A stretch of DNA of 64,000 nucleotides from an uncultured Helicobacter sp. (GCA_964568395.1 CAZMPN010000003.1:34482-98481), one strand, 5' to 3'. Positions 27,561-36,700 are shown, counted from the stretch's first letter. Notes: a model not told the origin generated them from the letters alone. A program made the numbers and translations.

Positions 27561-30217
27561 CTCTTTTTTACCAGCTTTTCAAGCAGCTTTTTAGGATCCA
27601 GTATGACTAGCATCTGAGTCTCGTTGCCGCTATTTTCAGGCTTTACGATACCATCACCAAGCAGATCGTTCGCGCCGAATACGGTATTTAGGCTGTCTAT
27701 TCTGTTATTAGGGACCTCCGGTATCTCCCCAAGCTCGTCCACCAATATTCCGAAATACTTTATAGGTTCGTCGCTATCTTCGATATCCTTGTCTATCTTT
27801 GTCACGACTATCTGCGTATTCTCGTCAAGCTCTTTTGGTTCAAGCCCAAGCTCGCACCTTAGATTCAGCACGTCCACCGTCTTGTTGTTGTAGTTTATCC
27901 TGCCGGAGAGCATCCTGTTTGCCCCCGGAATCAGCGTAAGCCCTTTGGAGTTTACGGCCTCCACTACAAGTTCGCTCCTGATGCCGAGCCACTTATCGCC
28001 GATGTAGAAGCTGGCTATCTCGGTCGTATTTTCGCTTTCAAATCTATGCGACGCCTGAACTCTTAGCTGTTTTGCGGGCTTTTCTTTTTTAGGCTCTACT
28101 TCGCATTTTTCGCCGAGCGGAACGAACACTAGAGCCACTATATCGTTTTTGTAGCTGTCAAGCGCGCTCTTGTACTCCCTATAACCATCCGACACTCTTG
28201 CGCCAACGGCGTAATATACTCCGTTAAATTCGGCTATTCCTGAGGTTCCTTGCCCGTTTTTGATCTCGAAATACTCATTCGGAAGCGTGGCAAAACTCTT
28301 TTCGCATATCTGCCTGTCGGTGCAAGAAACTATTTTTTTGTTTCTATCGGCGTATACCCCGAAGCTTCCCTTGGCCGGCCCACCCTTTTCGTCTAGCGGC
28401 AGGGCATCCTTCAGCATCGCCTCGAACTGCGGCTCGGAGTCGAACACTATACATATACCACCGACAGTCTCGCCAGGTTGGGATGACGAAAGTATGGAGG
28501 CCGAATAGATGTAGGTCTCCTTCCCTCCGTAAAGACTGCTGGACGCAAAAGGCGATACCGTATATTTTTGCGAATCCTTGATGTTTAGCGTCTGCTTGAC
28601 GAACTCATCGCCGAGCGTCCTGCCAAGCATATGCCTATCGGAATCTTTCGAGACGGCTACGACCTTGCAGTTTCTGTCAAATACGAAAAGCCCCGTATAG
28701 ACTGTGTATAGGGAGTTTATATAACCGAGGATCTGGGATATCTTCTCGAAATCGTCGCTTGTCGGCTCTTTTGACGATAATATATCCTTAAATGCCGAGG
28801 TTAGCGCCCACCACCTACAGTCGTTGGCGCGCTCGTACAGGTTCCTATCCATGATGTCTATCGCCAGCGCCGCCTGGAACTCGACGTCGCTAAGCAGGGA
28901 GGATACGACGGTCTCGTGCAGGTTTCCGATAGAGTTTTCGAATATCTCCTTCGTTTTTGCGCCCGTGTTACTCACTTCCCACAAAAGCACTTTCGAAAAA
29001 GAGGTGTTGACGATGCGTTTATTGCTGCTCTGCCTTACGTTGCCGTTCCACACCGTACGGTCAAGCTCTTTTTGTATCATGTCCGCCTGTTTTGGGATGT
29101 CGCGCAGCTCGTCCGAGAATAGCGTCTTGTTGCCCATTACGGCCTCGAGTACGCTTTCGTTTATATTCGCAAGTTTCGAAGCCTCGCTGGTCTCAAAGGC
29201 ATGCTCGATAGGCAGCATGGCATGCCCGTACCATCCGAGTCCGCCAAAGCCTTGATAGCCCTTTGTCGGGCAGGTCTTTGCCACATAGCTTCTGCCGGCG
29301 AATTTCGATATTTTATAGTCGCAGTTTATCGCTTTTTCCAACGTGGCGCCTATCGGTATCTGATATCCGTCCGAGCTGGCTATCACCTTGCCGTCTTTAT
29401 CCAGGAGCGTGAGCACCAGCCATTCGCTTCCTTCGTTGAGCTTGCCGAATATCCTTTCCATCTCGTCCTCAAACCTGAACGATAAGCTTAGCACCCCAAG
29501 CGCAACGTCGGTCTCCGGGTCGGTGACACGGTATGAGTAGAGCAGGGAGTTTGTCCTATCCGGCTGCATATCAGAATATCCCAGACTCTCCACATACTCT
29601 TTTGCAGTCTCCAGCGCCTCTTTTATCAGCGGGTCCTTTGTTTTTTTGACCCTAGAAGACTTGTTTAGCTCGGCGAGCACATTTCCGTCGGTGTCGCAAA
29701 GTATGATATTGTCGTATACCGAATACTTCGCTACGTACTCCTCGAACCTCTCTACGATTTTTTCTTTCAATATTGCAAGTTCGGCCTTTTTCTGTTTTAT
29801 CCCATCTTCGCTATTCGGTTCTTTCGAGATTTCCAGTATCTGGTAATTGATTTTGTTTTGCTCTCTTATGAAAGCCCTCAAATCGTCGTCGGTAGCCAAA
29901 AAGCCTATATCCGCCGTCCTCTCAAACAGGTTTCTAATCAGGATATCGACGGCCACCTGCGCCTTCGAGTTTATCTCGGAGGCCACCTTTTTTAGCGTCT
30001 CCCTGGCTAGGCTGGTCAAAAGCTTGGATGAGAGGCTCTCGAACTCCTCCCTTGTCTTGCTCATATCCGTTCCGGTGCCGCTCATCTGCCCCAAAAGCGT
30101 AAGTATCTCCCATCTGCTGCCGAGATTTTTCAGTATATTCTCATACTCCAAGACAACTTGCATATGGGGCATCAAAAACCTCAGAGTACCATTTTTATGT
30201 TCTTTTGTATTTTTCAT
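27557..30217 (-). CDS. Large soluble protein with two internal repeats and a C-terminal CheW domain
   Basis: C-terminal ~150 aa CheW-like (ASFYIGDKWLGI..GRINY..VLNLR..GILVDELGEI..ILDP). Duplicated RNL(F/Y)ER motif. No obvious TM segment or MCP signalling domain. Confidence 0.75.
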   Translation of the reverse strand: MKNTKEHKNGTLRFLMPHMQVVLEYENILKNLGSRWEILTLLGQMSGTGTDMSKTREEFESLSSKLLTSLARETLKKVASEINSKAQVAVDILIRNLFERTADIGFLATDDDLRAFIREQNKINYQILEISKEPNSEDGIKQKKAELAILKEKIVERFEEYVAKYSVYDNIILCDTDGNVLAELNKSSRVKKTKDPLIKEALETAKEYVESLGYSDMQPDRTNSLLYSYRVTDPETDVALGVLSLSFRFEDEMERIFGKLNEGSEWLVLTLLDKDGKVIASSDGYQIPIGATLEKAINCDYKISKFAGRSYVAKTCPTKGYQGFGGLGWYGHAMLPIEHAFETSEASKLANINESVLEAVMGNKTLFSDELRDIPKQADMIQKELDRTVWNGNVRQSSNKRIVNTSFSKVLLWEVSNTGAKTKEIFENSIGNLHETVVSSLLSDVEFQAALAIDIMDRNLYERANDCRWWALTSAFKDILSSKEPTSDDFEKISQILGYINSLYTVYTGLFVFDRNCKVVAVSKDSDRHMLGRTLGDEFVKQTLNIKDSQKYTVSPFASSSLYGGKETYIYSASILSSSQPGETVGGICIVFDSEPQFEAMLKDALPLDEKGGPAKGSFGVYADRNKKIVSCTDRQICEKSFATLPNEYFEIKNGQGTSGIAEFNGVYYAVGARVSDGYREYKSALDSYKNDIVALVFVPLGEKCEVEPKKEKPAKQLRVQASHRFESENTTEIASFYIGDKWLGIRSELVVEAVNSKGLTLIPGANRMLSGRINYNNKTVDVLNLRCELGLEPKELDENTQIVVTKIDKDIEDSDEPIKYFGILVDELGEIPEVPNNRIDSLNTVFGANDLLGDGIVKPENSGNETQMLVILDPKKLLEKLVKKS

Positions 30218-30353
30218 AGACAGTTCCGGTTAAATTTTTGTTAAATTTTAGTTAATTGGATTGAATATTTTTGATTATTTTTTAAGCATTTGTGGCTTTA
30301 GGAATAAGATATGCAAAGCATTTTTTTAGCATTTTTACAAATAAGGATTTTTT

Positions 30354-30908
30354 ATGGAGATAACCGTCAGAGGCCAAAAAACCGAACTGCTCGGCAAGGC
30401 GCCGAAAATCAAAGACGAGGCGCCGGCCGCAAGAGTCTATGAGATGTCAGGCGATCAGTGCGTAGTCGGCATGATAGCGCCCAAAGCGCAGATGTTCATC
30501 GTGCTCCCCTCCCTAAAAACAGAGGTGTGCTCGTATGGCGCAAAGAAGTTTGACGAACTGCTCTTAGAGACGAAAAACCTTATCTCCTATATAGTTACGG
30601 CGGATAGCGTAGAAAACGTGAATTCGTTTTTGGATGGGCAGTGCCTCAAAAGCATACAGGTTCTGCTGGATAAGGACCGTGATTTTGGCAAGAAATACGG
30701 TGTGCTCATAGGCGACGGAGCGCTAAAAGACAAGCTGGCGCGCGCCGTATTTATAGTGGACGAGAACGGTCTCATCACATACACCGAGATAGTGAGCGAG
30801 ATAGTAGACGAGATAGACTACGACGCATGCATGGCGGCGTTAGAGAGGACGCTGGAGCCAAAACCGCACGATCCGCACCACAGCCATGAAAACTGGATGA
30901 GGCACTAA
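30354..30908 (+). CDS. tpx: Thiol peroxidase (Tpx-like atypical 2-Cys peroxiredoxin)
   Basis: PSLKTEVC fits PxxxTxxC; conserved LARAVFIVD..ITY.EIV; His-rich tail. Confidence 0.75.
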   Translation: MEITVRGQKTELLGKAPKIKDEAPAARVYEMSGDQCVVGMIAPKAQMFIVLPSLKTEVCSYGAKKFDELLLETKNLISYIVTADSVENVNSFLDGQCLKSIQVLLDKDRDFGKKYGVLIGDGALKDKLARAVFIVDENGLITYTEIVSEIVDEIDYDACMAALERTLEPKPHDPHHSHENWMRH

Positions 30909-30965
30909 GCCTCTCATCCGAAAGCCTTTTTTGGGCAAAATATTTCCAAAAAATAAGGCTTTTGG

Positions 30966-32681
30966 ATGGCTTCCTCACTCGGTTTTTTAGACTCAGCACA
31001 AAACTTCGCCGTAGAAACCCCGATAGTAAAAGACGAATTTACGCATGCGCTCTGCATAGGAGAGACCGGATCGGGCAAGACGACCGGCTTTATACTCCCA
31101 AACATCAAAGACAGAATCTCAAAAAACCACGGCATCCTCGTATACGACTTCAAAGGCAACCTACACCTTGGCGTAAAGAAGCTGGCTCTAGAAGCGGGCA
31201 GGCTAGGGGACGTCATCGAGATAGGCACTCCGTGGGGCAAAAAGACGAATCCTTTCGAGTATATGACGATAAAAGAGATATATACGCTCCTATTCGCCCT
31301 CATCAGCCAAAAAGACACGGAAGGGGTATTCTGGCATTCGGCGGCGGCTACGCTAGGCTCCAATATCGTACGCATCATCAGGCGCATCGGCAAGGTCAAG
31401 GAGTCATTTTCGGAACTTGGGATAGATTTTCCAAAGCTCTCCTTTAGATACTCGGTAGACTTCAACGACAAGATATCGAAGATAGAACACCATTCGCAGC
31501 CTATCAGCGACTATCACGCCGAGGGCTTCGAATATCCATCGTCTGCATCGTTCGCCTCCCTCTACTCCTGTGTGCGCACGGTAAAAAAGCTATGCATGTT
31601 CACCGATGGACATCCGATGCTTGTGGGCTTTCTTAGAGATAAGCTGATTTCGGCGTTTGCCGCCAAGATGAAAAAAGAGTTCGCCAACCAAAACATAGAA
31701 AACGAGTGGCCTACGGTACAAAAAGGCTTCGAGGAGGCTATGCTGCGCATAGAGGAGTTGGATAACAGCTTTGGGATGCTGGATAGCTACAAGTCTATGG
31801 CGGTATCCATCAGCGACGACTTCTCCGGCAACTACGGCGTCATCTTTTCCTTGGAGTCCTCGCTAAAACACTTCTACGACTACAGCTTCTTTAGCGAACA
31901 CGAGTGCGACATCATCGAGGAGCTAAATAACGGCAAGATAGTGGTCGTCAACACTTCGCTACTGACGAACCAGATGATAAACGCCCTCAACCAGTCTATA
32001 GTCCTAAACCTCTCAAAAAGAGCGAAGCAGCCGAGAAAGACGCCGGTATCGATATTTATCGACGAAGCGAATAGGGTAGTGGACAAAAACACCGAGCTGG
32101 CCACCGACATACTAAGAGAGGCCAAGGTGGAGCTTATCCTAGCCATCCAGAACGAATCGCAGATGATATACAAGATGGGGCTGGATAGATACAAGGAGCT
32201 AAAGGGAAATCTGACGGAGCAGATAATCTTTAGAAGCAACGACGAAAACCACATGGTGAAAACCGACAAAGACGTAGAGAGGCTGGCTACGCATACCTAT
32301 CTATCCGGCGAACTCAAAGAGATCAAGTCCACAAAGCCGATATTTTTCAGCGAGGACGAACTGCTGGCCGCCGAACACGAATACCAAAAAAGCCTGCCGA
32401 TAGTCTCGGAACTGCTCTCGATGAACAAGGTCACGGAGCCGACCATAGCGGTATTCGACGACATAGTGTTCGAGCGCGACGACTCCGTATATCTCGAAAA
32501 CATCGAGACCAAAGAGATAAAAAAGATAATATTCAGAAGCGACTCCGAGTACAAAAACGCCCGCGAAGAGCTGGCAAAAATCTACAAATACGTCTTCGGG
32601 GACGAGAGCGAAGAGACATCCACAGCCGACAGCCTGGGCTTCATATCTAGATGGCGCAAGCTGACTAGGGACTTTCGATAG
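30966..32681 (+). CDS. VirD4/TraG/TraD-like coupling-protein ATPase
   Basis: HALCIGETGSGKT (Walker A), LVYDFKG, SIFIDEA (Walker B), LREAKV.LILAIQNESQ. Confidence 0.72.
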   Translation: MASSLGFLDSAQNFAVETPIVKDEFTHALCIGETGSGKTTGFILPNIKDRISKNHGILVYDFKGNLHLGVKKLALEAGRLGDVIEIGTPWGKKTNPFEYMTIKEIYTLLFALISQKDTEGVFWHSAAATLGSNIVRIIRRIGKVKESFSELGIDFPKLSFRYSVDFNDKISKIEHHSQPISDYHAEGFEYPSSASFASLYSCVRTVKKLCMFTDGHPMLVGFLRDKLISAFAAKMKKEFANQNIENEWPTVQKGFEEAMLRIEELDNSFGMLDSYKSMAVSISDDFSGNYGVIFSLESSLKHFYDYSFFSEHECDIIEELNNGKIVVVNTSLLTNQMINALNQSIVLNLSKRAKQPRKTPVSIFIDEANRVVDKNTELATDILREAKVELILAIQNESQMIYKMGLDRYKELKGNLTEQIIFRSNDENHMVKTDKDVERLATHTYLSGELKEIKSTKPIFFSEDELLAAEHEYQKSLPIVSELLSMNKVTEPTIAVFDDIVFERDDSVYLENIETKEIKKIIFRSDSEYKNAREELAKIYKYVFGDESEETSTADSLGFISRWRKLTRDFR

Positions 32682-32711
32682 TTTCGTAAAATATATTTAG
32701 AGGATGTTTGG

Positions 32712-33467
32712 ATGAAAAAGTCCGTAGTCGCCATTGCGTCTGTTTTGCTGGCTAGCCAGTTTGTCTTCGCCGGAGAGGTCGCCGATAATAAACCAAAAGA
32801 AGAAAACAAAAATATCGGACAGACGATAGTGGTCGACGTAAAAAAACAAGAGTGGCAAGTCAGAAGAATGGAGTATCTAAGCGCCATAAAGCGTTTGGCC
32901 GCAAACGGCAGCGACAAAGAGGCGTTAGCAATAGTCGACAAGACGTTGACGGAATACGAAAAGACGCCGTGGAGCAAAACCCCCATGGAGGCAATGGATT
33001 TATTGCAGACTTTTTATGTTCCTAGAGAAGGGCTAAAGGGGATGAATATGCTGGTAGCCGAAGCCATTCTGGGCTATAAGGACACGCTACAATGGGCTAG
33101 CCCATCCGGAAAATCTGAGATTCTTTGGAACGAGCAGTTCCTAACCAGAGCCCTAACCAATTGGGGCAAGGATAAAAAGAGGATGGACGAATGGCTGAAG
33201 CTAGTCGAGGATAAGCCAGAAGAAGCCAAGAAGATAGTCGCCGACGGCGTCAAGTTCGCAAAACTGATAAATGGCTTCAAGGGCGGCTACGACAGGAAAT
33301 GGTCTACGGCTTATGGGCTAGAGAGAATGACTGCGGCCTTGGAAAACAAACCGGACAAGCTCAAAGAAACTCCAAATATGTCCGATGACGAAGCTATTAA
33401 CGAAGCCATAACCAAAATATCGGCCTACTATCTACCAAAAAGCATCATCTCGAAGGAGAAGAAATAG
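32712..33467 (+). CDS. Hypothetical secreted alpha-helical protein
   Basis: SD GAGG; Sec signal peptide MKKSVVAIASVLLASQFVFA; no family recognised. Confidence 0.75.
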   Translation: MKKSVVAIASVLLASQFVFAGEVADNKPKEENKNIGQTIVVDVKKQEWQVRRMEYLSAIKRLAANGSDKEALAIVDKTLTEYEKTPWSKTPMEAMDLLQTFYVPREGLKGMNMLVAEAILGYKDTLQWASPSGKSEILWNEQFLTRALTNWGKDKKRMDEWLKLVEDKPEEAKKIVADGVKFAKLINGFKGGYDRKWSTAYGLERMTAALENKPDKLKETPNMSDDEAINEAITKISAYYLPKSIISKEKK

Positions 33468-33536
33468 CGACTACCATATCAATATATTTTTAAAGAGAAT
33501 ATACATTATGTTAACCAAATAAAATTCCGTATGCAA

Positions 33537-33572
33537 GACAAGGAAAGCTGTAGATATTTGCCTTTCCTTGTC
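33537..33572. terminator. Inverted repeat between convergent genes, putative terminator
   Basis: GACAAGGAAAG and CTTTCCTTGTC form an 11-bp stem with a 14-nt loop; U-tracts are weak. Confidence 0.4.
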
Positions 33573-33580
33573 GTTGTTAT

Positions 33581-34390
33581 TTAATGTTTGTTTAGCAGAT
33601 CATACTTGCTTGGCATTTTAGGCTGTTTTAGCTGTTCTTCTTTTGCGGCAGCTTGTTGCTTTTTTTGTTGTTTCTCGATTTTCTCTTGTGCGTGTATATC
33701 CACCAGCACCTTTAGCTGTTTTGGATGCTCGCCTAGAAACTCAACCTTGCCGGTTTCTACATTGTATAGAGCTCCCACTATTTTTACTTTGCCTTCAAGT
33801 ACCATTTCCCTGACTATCGGGCTTTTTTTAAGTATATTGGCCACCTGCTCCCATACGTTTTCGACTATCGCCTTATTAATCCATTCATCCGCATTATGTC
33901 CAGCATGAGCCGCCTTTACCCTTGTGACGGCGGGGACTATAGGCGCTACCAGCTTCGGAATGGAACCGCCGACATGCTCCCCTTTCGCAACGGCTGTCAC
34001 TGCACCGCATTTTGTATGCCCCATCACGACAACCAGTCTGGTGCCAAGATGCTCGGTGCCGTACTCGATGGTACCTATTTCGTCCGTCGACGATACATTC
34101 CCGGCGTTTCTGACGATAAACAGATCCCCAAACCCACTGTCAAACAACAGCTCCGGCGGAACCCTGCTGTCGGAGCATGAGTTTATCGTAACAAACGGAT
34201 GCTGCCCTTTTGATGTCTCCTGTAGTCTCGTCGCATCAGAATTTGGCCTGATCGATTTACCGCTTACAAAACGCTCATTACCCTCTTTTAGCATTTTTAT
34301 GGCTTCGTCAGGGCTCACAGAACCAGCAGCGGTTCCGCTGGCGGACAGCATAATAGATGCCGCGCATACTATCAATACTTTTTTAAGCAT
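33581..34390 (-). CDS. Beta-class carbonic anhydrase with signal peptide
   Basis: CSDSRV, VRNAGN, HTKCGA Zn ligands. Start moved to the ATG at 34390 (SD GGGAG), giving MLKKVLIVCAASIMLSASG. Confidence 0.88.
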   Translation of the reverse strand: MLKKVLIVCAASIMLSASGTAAGSVSPDEAIKMLKEGNERFVSGKSIRPNSDATRLQETSKGQHPFVTINSCSDSRVPPELLFDSGFGDLFIVRNAGNVSSTDEIGTIEYGTEHLGTRLVVVMGHTKCGAVTAVAKGEHVGGSIPKLVAPIVPAVTRVKAAHAGHNADEWINKAIVENVWEQVANILKKSPIVREMVLEGKVKIVGALYNVETGKVEFLGEHPKQLKVLVDIHAQEKIEKQQKKQQAAAKEEQLKQPKMPSKYDLLNKH

Positions 34391-34518
34391 GAACTCTCCC
34401 TTTCTATATTTTTTCAAACATTGCAATATATACAAAACGAACAAAAATTATAAAATAAATAATCAAGCCTATATACGCAATAAAACCACCAAATGCAATC
34501 TATCCACCCTCTTCTCTT

Positions 34519-34911
34519 TTATTTTTCAACCTTCCTAAGAACGTCCAAAAACGCATCCGGCTTTGCCGCGCCGACAAACTGTCTACCTATCTTATTCCCG
34601 GAAGCGTCTATGAAATATATGGTAGGAGTACCGAACGCCCTAAAGCCGTCAGGGGTTTTGTCTTTTTTTATATCTATTTCCACCGGAACGAACCTACCGT
34701 CAATTTCGGAGATAACATCGGCGTTTTTTAAAACGACGTACTTCATATACTCGCACATATTGCAGCCATCCTGCGTCAGCATCAACATTACAATCTTCTG
34801 ACTTTTGGCGGCCTCTTTTTTGGCATCGTCGTAAGATTTGGCCCAAATGAACGCAAAAAGATTTAACGAAAAAACCAATAGCAAGCTAAACAATACCCTC
34901 ATAGTAGACAT
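34519..34911 (-). CDS. Periplasmic thioredoxin-fold protein (SoxW/DsbD-gamma-like)
   Basis: Signal peptide; CNMC; FGTPTIYF cis-Pro loop. True start may be the ATG at 34902, given SD spacing. Confidence 0.82.
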   Translation of the reverse strand: MSTMRVLFSLLLVFSLNLFAFIWAKSYDDAKKEAAKSQKIVMLMLTQDGCNMCEYMKYVVLKNADVISEIDGRFVPVEIDIKKDKTPDGFRAFGTPTIYFIDASGNKIGRQFVGAAKPDAFLDVLRKVEK

Positions 34912-34920
34912 ACTCCTTGG

Positions 34921-35649
34921 TTAATTTGAAAATATGGCGGCAATCTTACCGAGACCGCCTGTAGCTATCGCGAAGCCGAGTATGATTAGCATACCTCCGG
35001 CGATAATCTCTATAGCCCTGAAGTATCTTTTGACTCCGTTAAGAAAATGCAGCATAAAGCTAGTAAGAACAGCCGTCAATAAAAACGGAATCGCAAGCCC
35101 GGCGGCATAAACTATCAAAAGCGACACGGATGTAGACGGATTTTCGGCCGCCTTAAATACTATGGCCGCAAATATAGGGCCTACGCACGGAGTCCATCCA
35201 AGCGCAAACGACAGACCGAGAACAAAAGGCGCAAAGAAGGTTTTGCTCTTCACGGAGCCAAAATTCGCCCTTTGTTCAAAGTTTAGAAAACGAATACCTA
35301 TGACGCCGGTCATATGCAATCCAAAAAGAACGATAATACCCCCGGCCAGCCAGCTAATCCATTCATAATTGAAGATATTGCCGATCAATTCGGCCATCGC
35401 AACGCCTAGAAGCACAAATACGACGCCAAACCCTAAGACAAACATCAAAGCGGCGTAAAAGATTTTCAGCCTCTCCTTTGCCCCAATCTCTTCGCCGTTA
35501 GCCAGGCGTTTTACCGATATGCCGGATATATACGATATATAGGCCGGTATCAGCGGCAACACGCAAGGGCTTACAAAAGTAAGCACCCCCGCTATAAAAC
35601 TTACAAGAAAAGGCATGCTCTGAAATAGGCCAGATAGATATAGTTCCAT
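34921..35649 (-). CDS. ccdA: CcdA-type membrane electron transporter
   Basis: SPCVLPLIP and WTPCVGP motifs; about six TM segments. Confidence 0.9.
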   Translation of the reverse strand: MELYLSGLFQSMPFLVSFIAGVLTFVSPCVLPLIPAYISYISGISVKRLANGEEIGAKERLKIFYAALMFVLGFGVVFVLLGVAMAELIGNIFNYEWISWLAGGIIVLFGLHMTGVIGIRFLNFEQRANFGSVKSKTFFAPFVLGLSFALGWTPCVGPIFAAIVFKAAENPSTSVSLLIVYAAGLAIPFLLTAVLTSFMLHFLNGVKRYFRAIEIIAGGMLIILGFAIATGGLGKIAAIFSN

Positions 35650-35658
35650 ATTGGCTCG

Positions 35659-36132
35659 CTATTTTTTCAATATCATCGTGCCGCTTCCGGTCTCTACCGG
35701 GTAGCCTTCTTCTATCCAAGCCTTAAACCCGCCTTGCAGCGACTTGGCGTTTTTATATCCGAGTTTCCTCAACGTATCTGCGGCCATGATGGCCCTAGGA
35801 CCGCTTCTGCAGTATGTAACTATCGCAACATTCTTATCTTTTAGTTTTTTAGGTATATCGAACTCTATATTCCCTCTGGTGGAAGCTATATTTTCGCCGC
35901 TAACGGAGCTTAGTATCTCACCCTCCGCCCTTTGATCCGCCTCTCTGGCGTCGAACATAACGATAGGCATATCTTTATCAAGCATGGCTTTTAGTTCTTT
36001 TGCCGATATTTCGTTGCCTCTTTTGGCTTCGTCAAGCATTTTTTGGAACTCTGGCGAAAAGGCCGAAGCCCCAAACAAATTCGAGACGACAAAACCACAG
36101 GAGACCGCCAATAGAAACAATGACTTTTTCAT
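35659..36132 (-). CDS. Exported rhodanese-domain protein
   Basis: Signal peptide; DARE; active-site loop YCRSGPR; LQGGFKAW. Confidence 0.88.
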   Translation of the reverse strand: MKKSLFLLAVSCGFVVSNLFGASAFSPEFQKMLDEAKRGNEISAKELKAMLDKDMPIVMFDAREADQRAEGEILSSVSGENIASTRGNIEFDIPKKLKDKNVAIVTYCRSGPRAIMAADTLRKLGYKNAKSLQGGFKAWIEEGYPVETGSGTMILKK

Positions 36133-36213
36133 AACTTTTCCTTTATAAATTTGGAGTTTATCCCGCTTTTCGCGGTAGCTTTTGCCCTACTTTTGGAATA
36201 TGGCTATGCTATT

Positions 36214-36219
36214 ATTATA
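36214..36219 (-). promoter_or_regulatory. -10 box (TATAAT) for the rhodanese-ccdA-thioredoxin operon
   Basis: ATTATA on the + strand, 81 nt upstream of the ATG at 36132. Confidence 0.4.
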
Positions 36220-36266
36220 AATAGCGGAGCATTTGCGATTCTTATGCTGCTATTTATTTAACTTAT

Positions 36267-36296
36267 TAGTTATTTAGCTATTTGACTAAATAACTA
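36267..36296. promoter_or_regulatory. Perfect 11-8-11 inverted repeat, candidate ArsR operator
   Basis: TAGTTATTTAG-CTATTTGA-CTAAATAACTA, overlapping the -35 box of the arsR-family gene. Confidence 0.7.
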
Positions 36297-36310
36297 TCGA
36301 CAGCTATAAT
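36282..36310 (+). promoter_or_regulatory. Sigma70 promoter TTGACT-17nt-TATAAT
   Basis: TTGACT at 36282-36287, TATAAT at 36305-36310, SD GAGG before the ATG at 36344. Confidence 0.7.
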
Positions 36311-36343
36311 AACCAAAACAAAACAACGTGTCAAGAGGTGTAG

Positions 36344-36700
36344 ATGGAACTAAATATGGAGCAGAAAGTAGCCGTTTTCAAGGCGCTCGGCAATAAAACA
36401 AGATTTTTGATGTTTAAGGCCATATTTACAAAGTCTGTTACATGCTCCATAGATGATAAAAAAGAGCATATAGACGAAGCGGAGGCGGAATCGATATGCG
36501 TGTCAACCATAGCCTCCTTGTTCGACTACTCGATGCCGACAATATCAAACCATCTAAAAGAGCTTCGGACTGCGGGGCTTATCACGATGGAGAAAAGAGG
36601 CAACAAGATCTACGTAGAAGCAAATCTCGATACAATCAAAGCGTTAAACGACTGTTTTACCGATCTAATAGCGCAGCTAGACGCCGCACGGCTCAAATAA
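36344..36700 (+). CDS. ArsR/SmtB family transcriptional regulator
   Basis: FKALGNKTR, ICVSTI, PTISNHLKELRTAGLI winged HTH; three Cys. Confidence 0.9.
   Translation: MELNMEQKVAVFKALGNKTRFLMFKAIFTKSVTCSIDDKKEHIDEAEAESICVSTIASLFDYSMPTISNHLKELRTAGLITMEKRGNKIYVEANLDTIKALNDCFTDLIAQLDAARLK

Noticed and set aside
30229-30261. GTTAAATTTTT-like repeat, three times at 11-bp period, between the cheW fusion and tpx
   Set aside because: Indistinguishable from the helically phased T-tracts typical of Campylobacterota sigma70 promoters; no specific motif.
30909-33580. Integrative conjugative element or plasmid insertion around the VirD4-like gene
   Set aside because: No integrase, relaxase, VirB homologues, tRNA or flanking direct repeats were seen.
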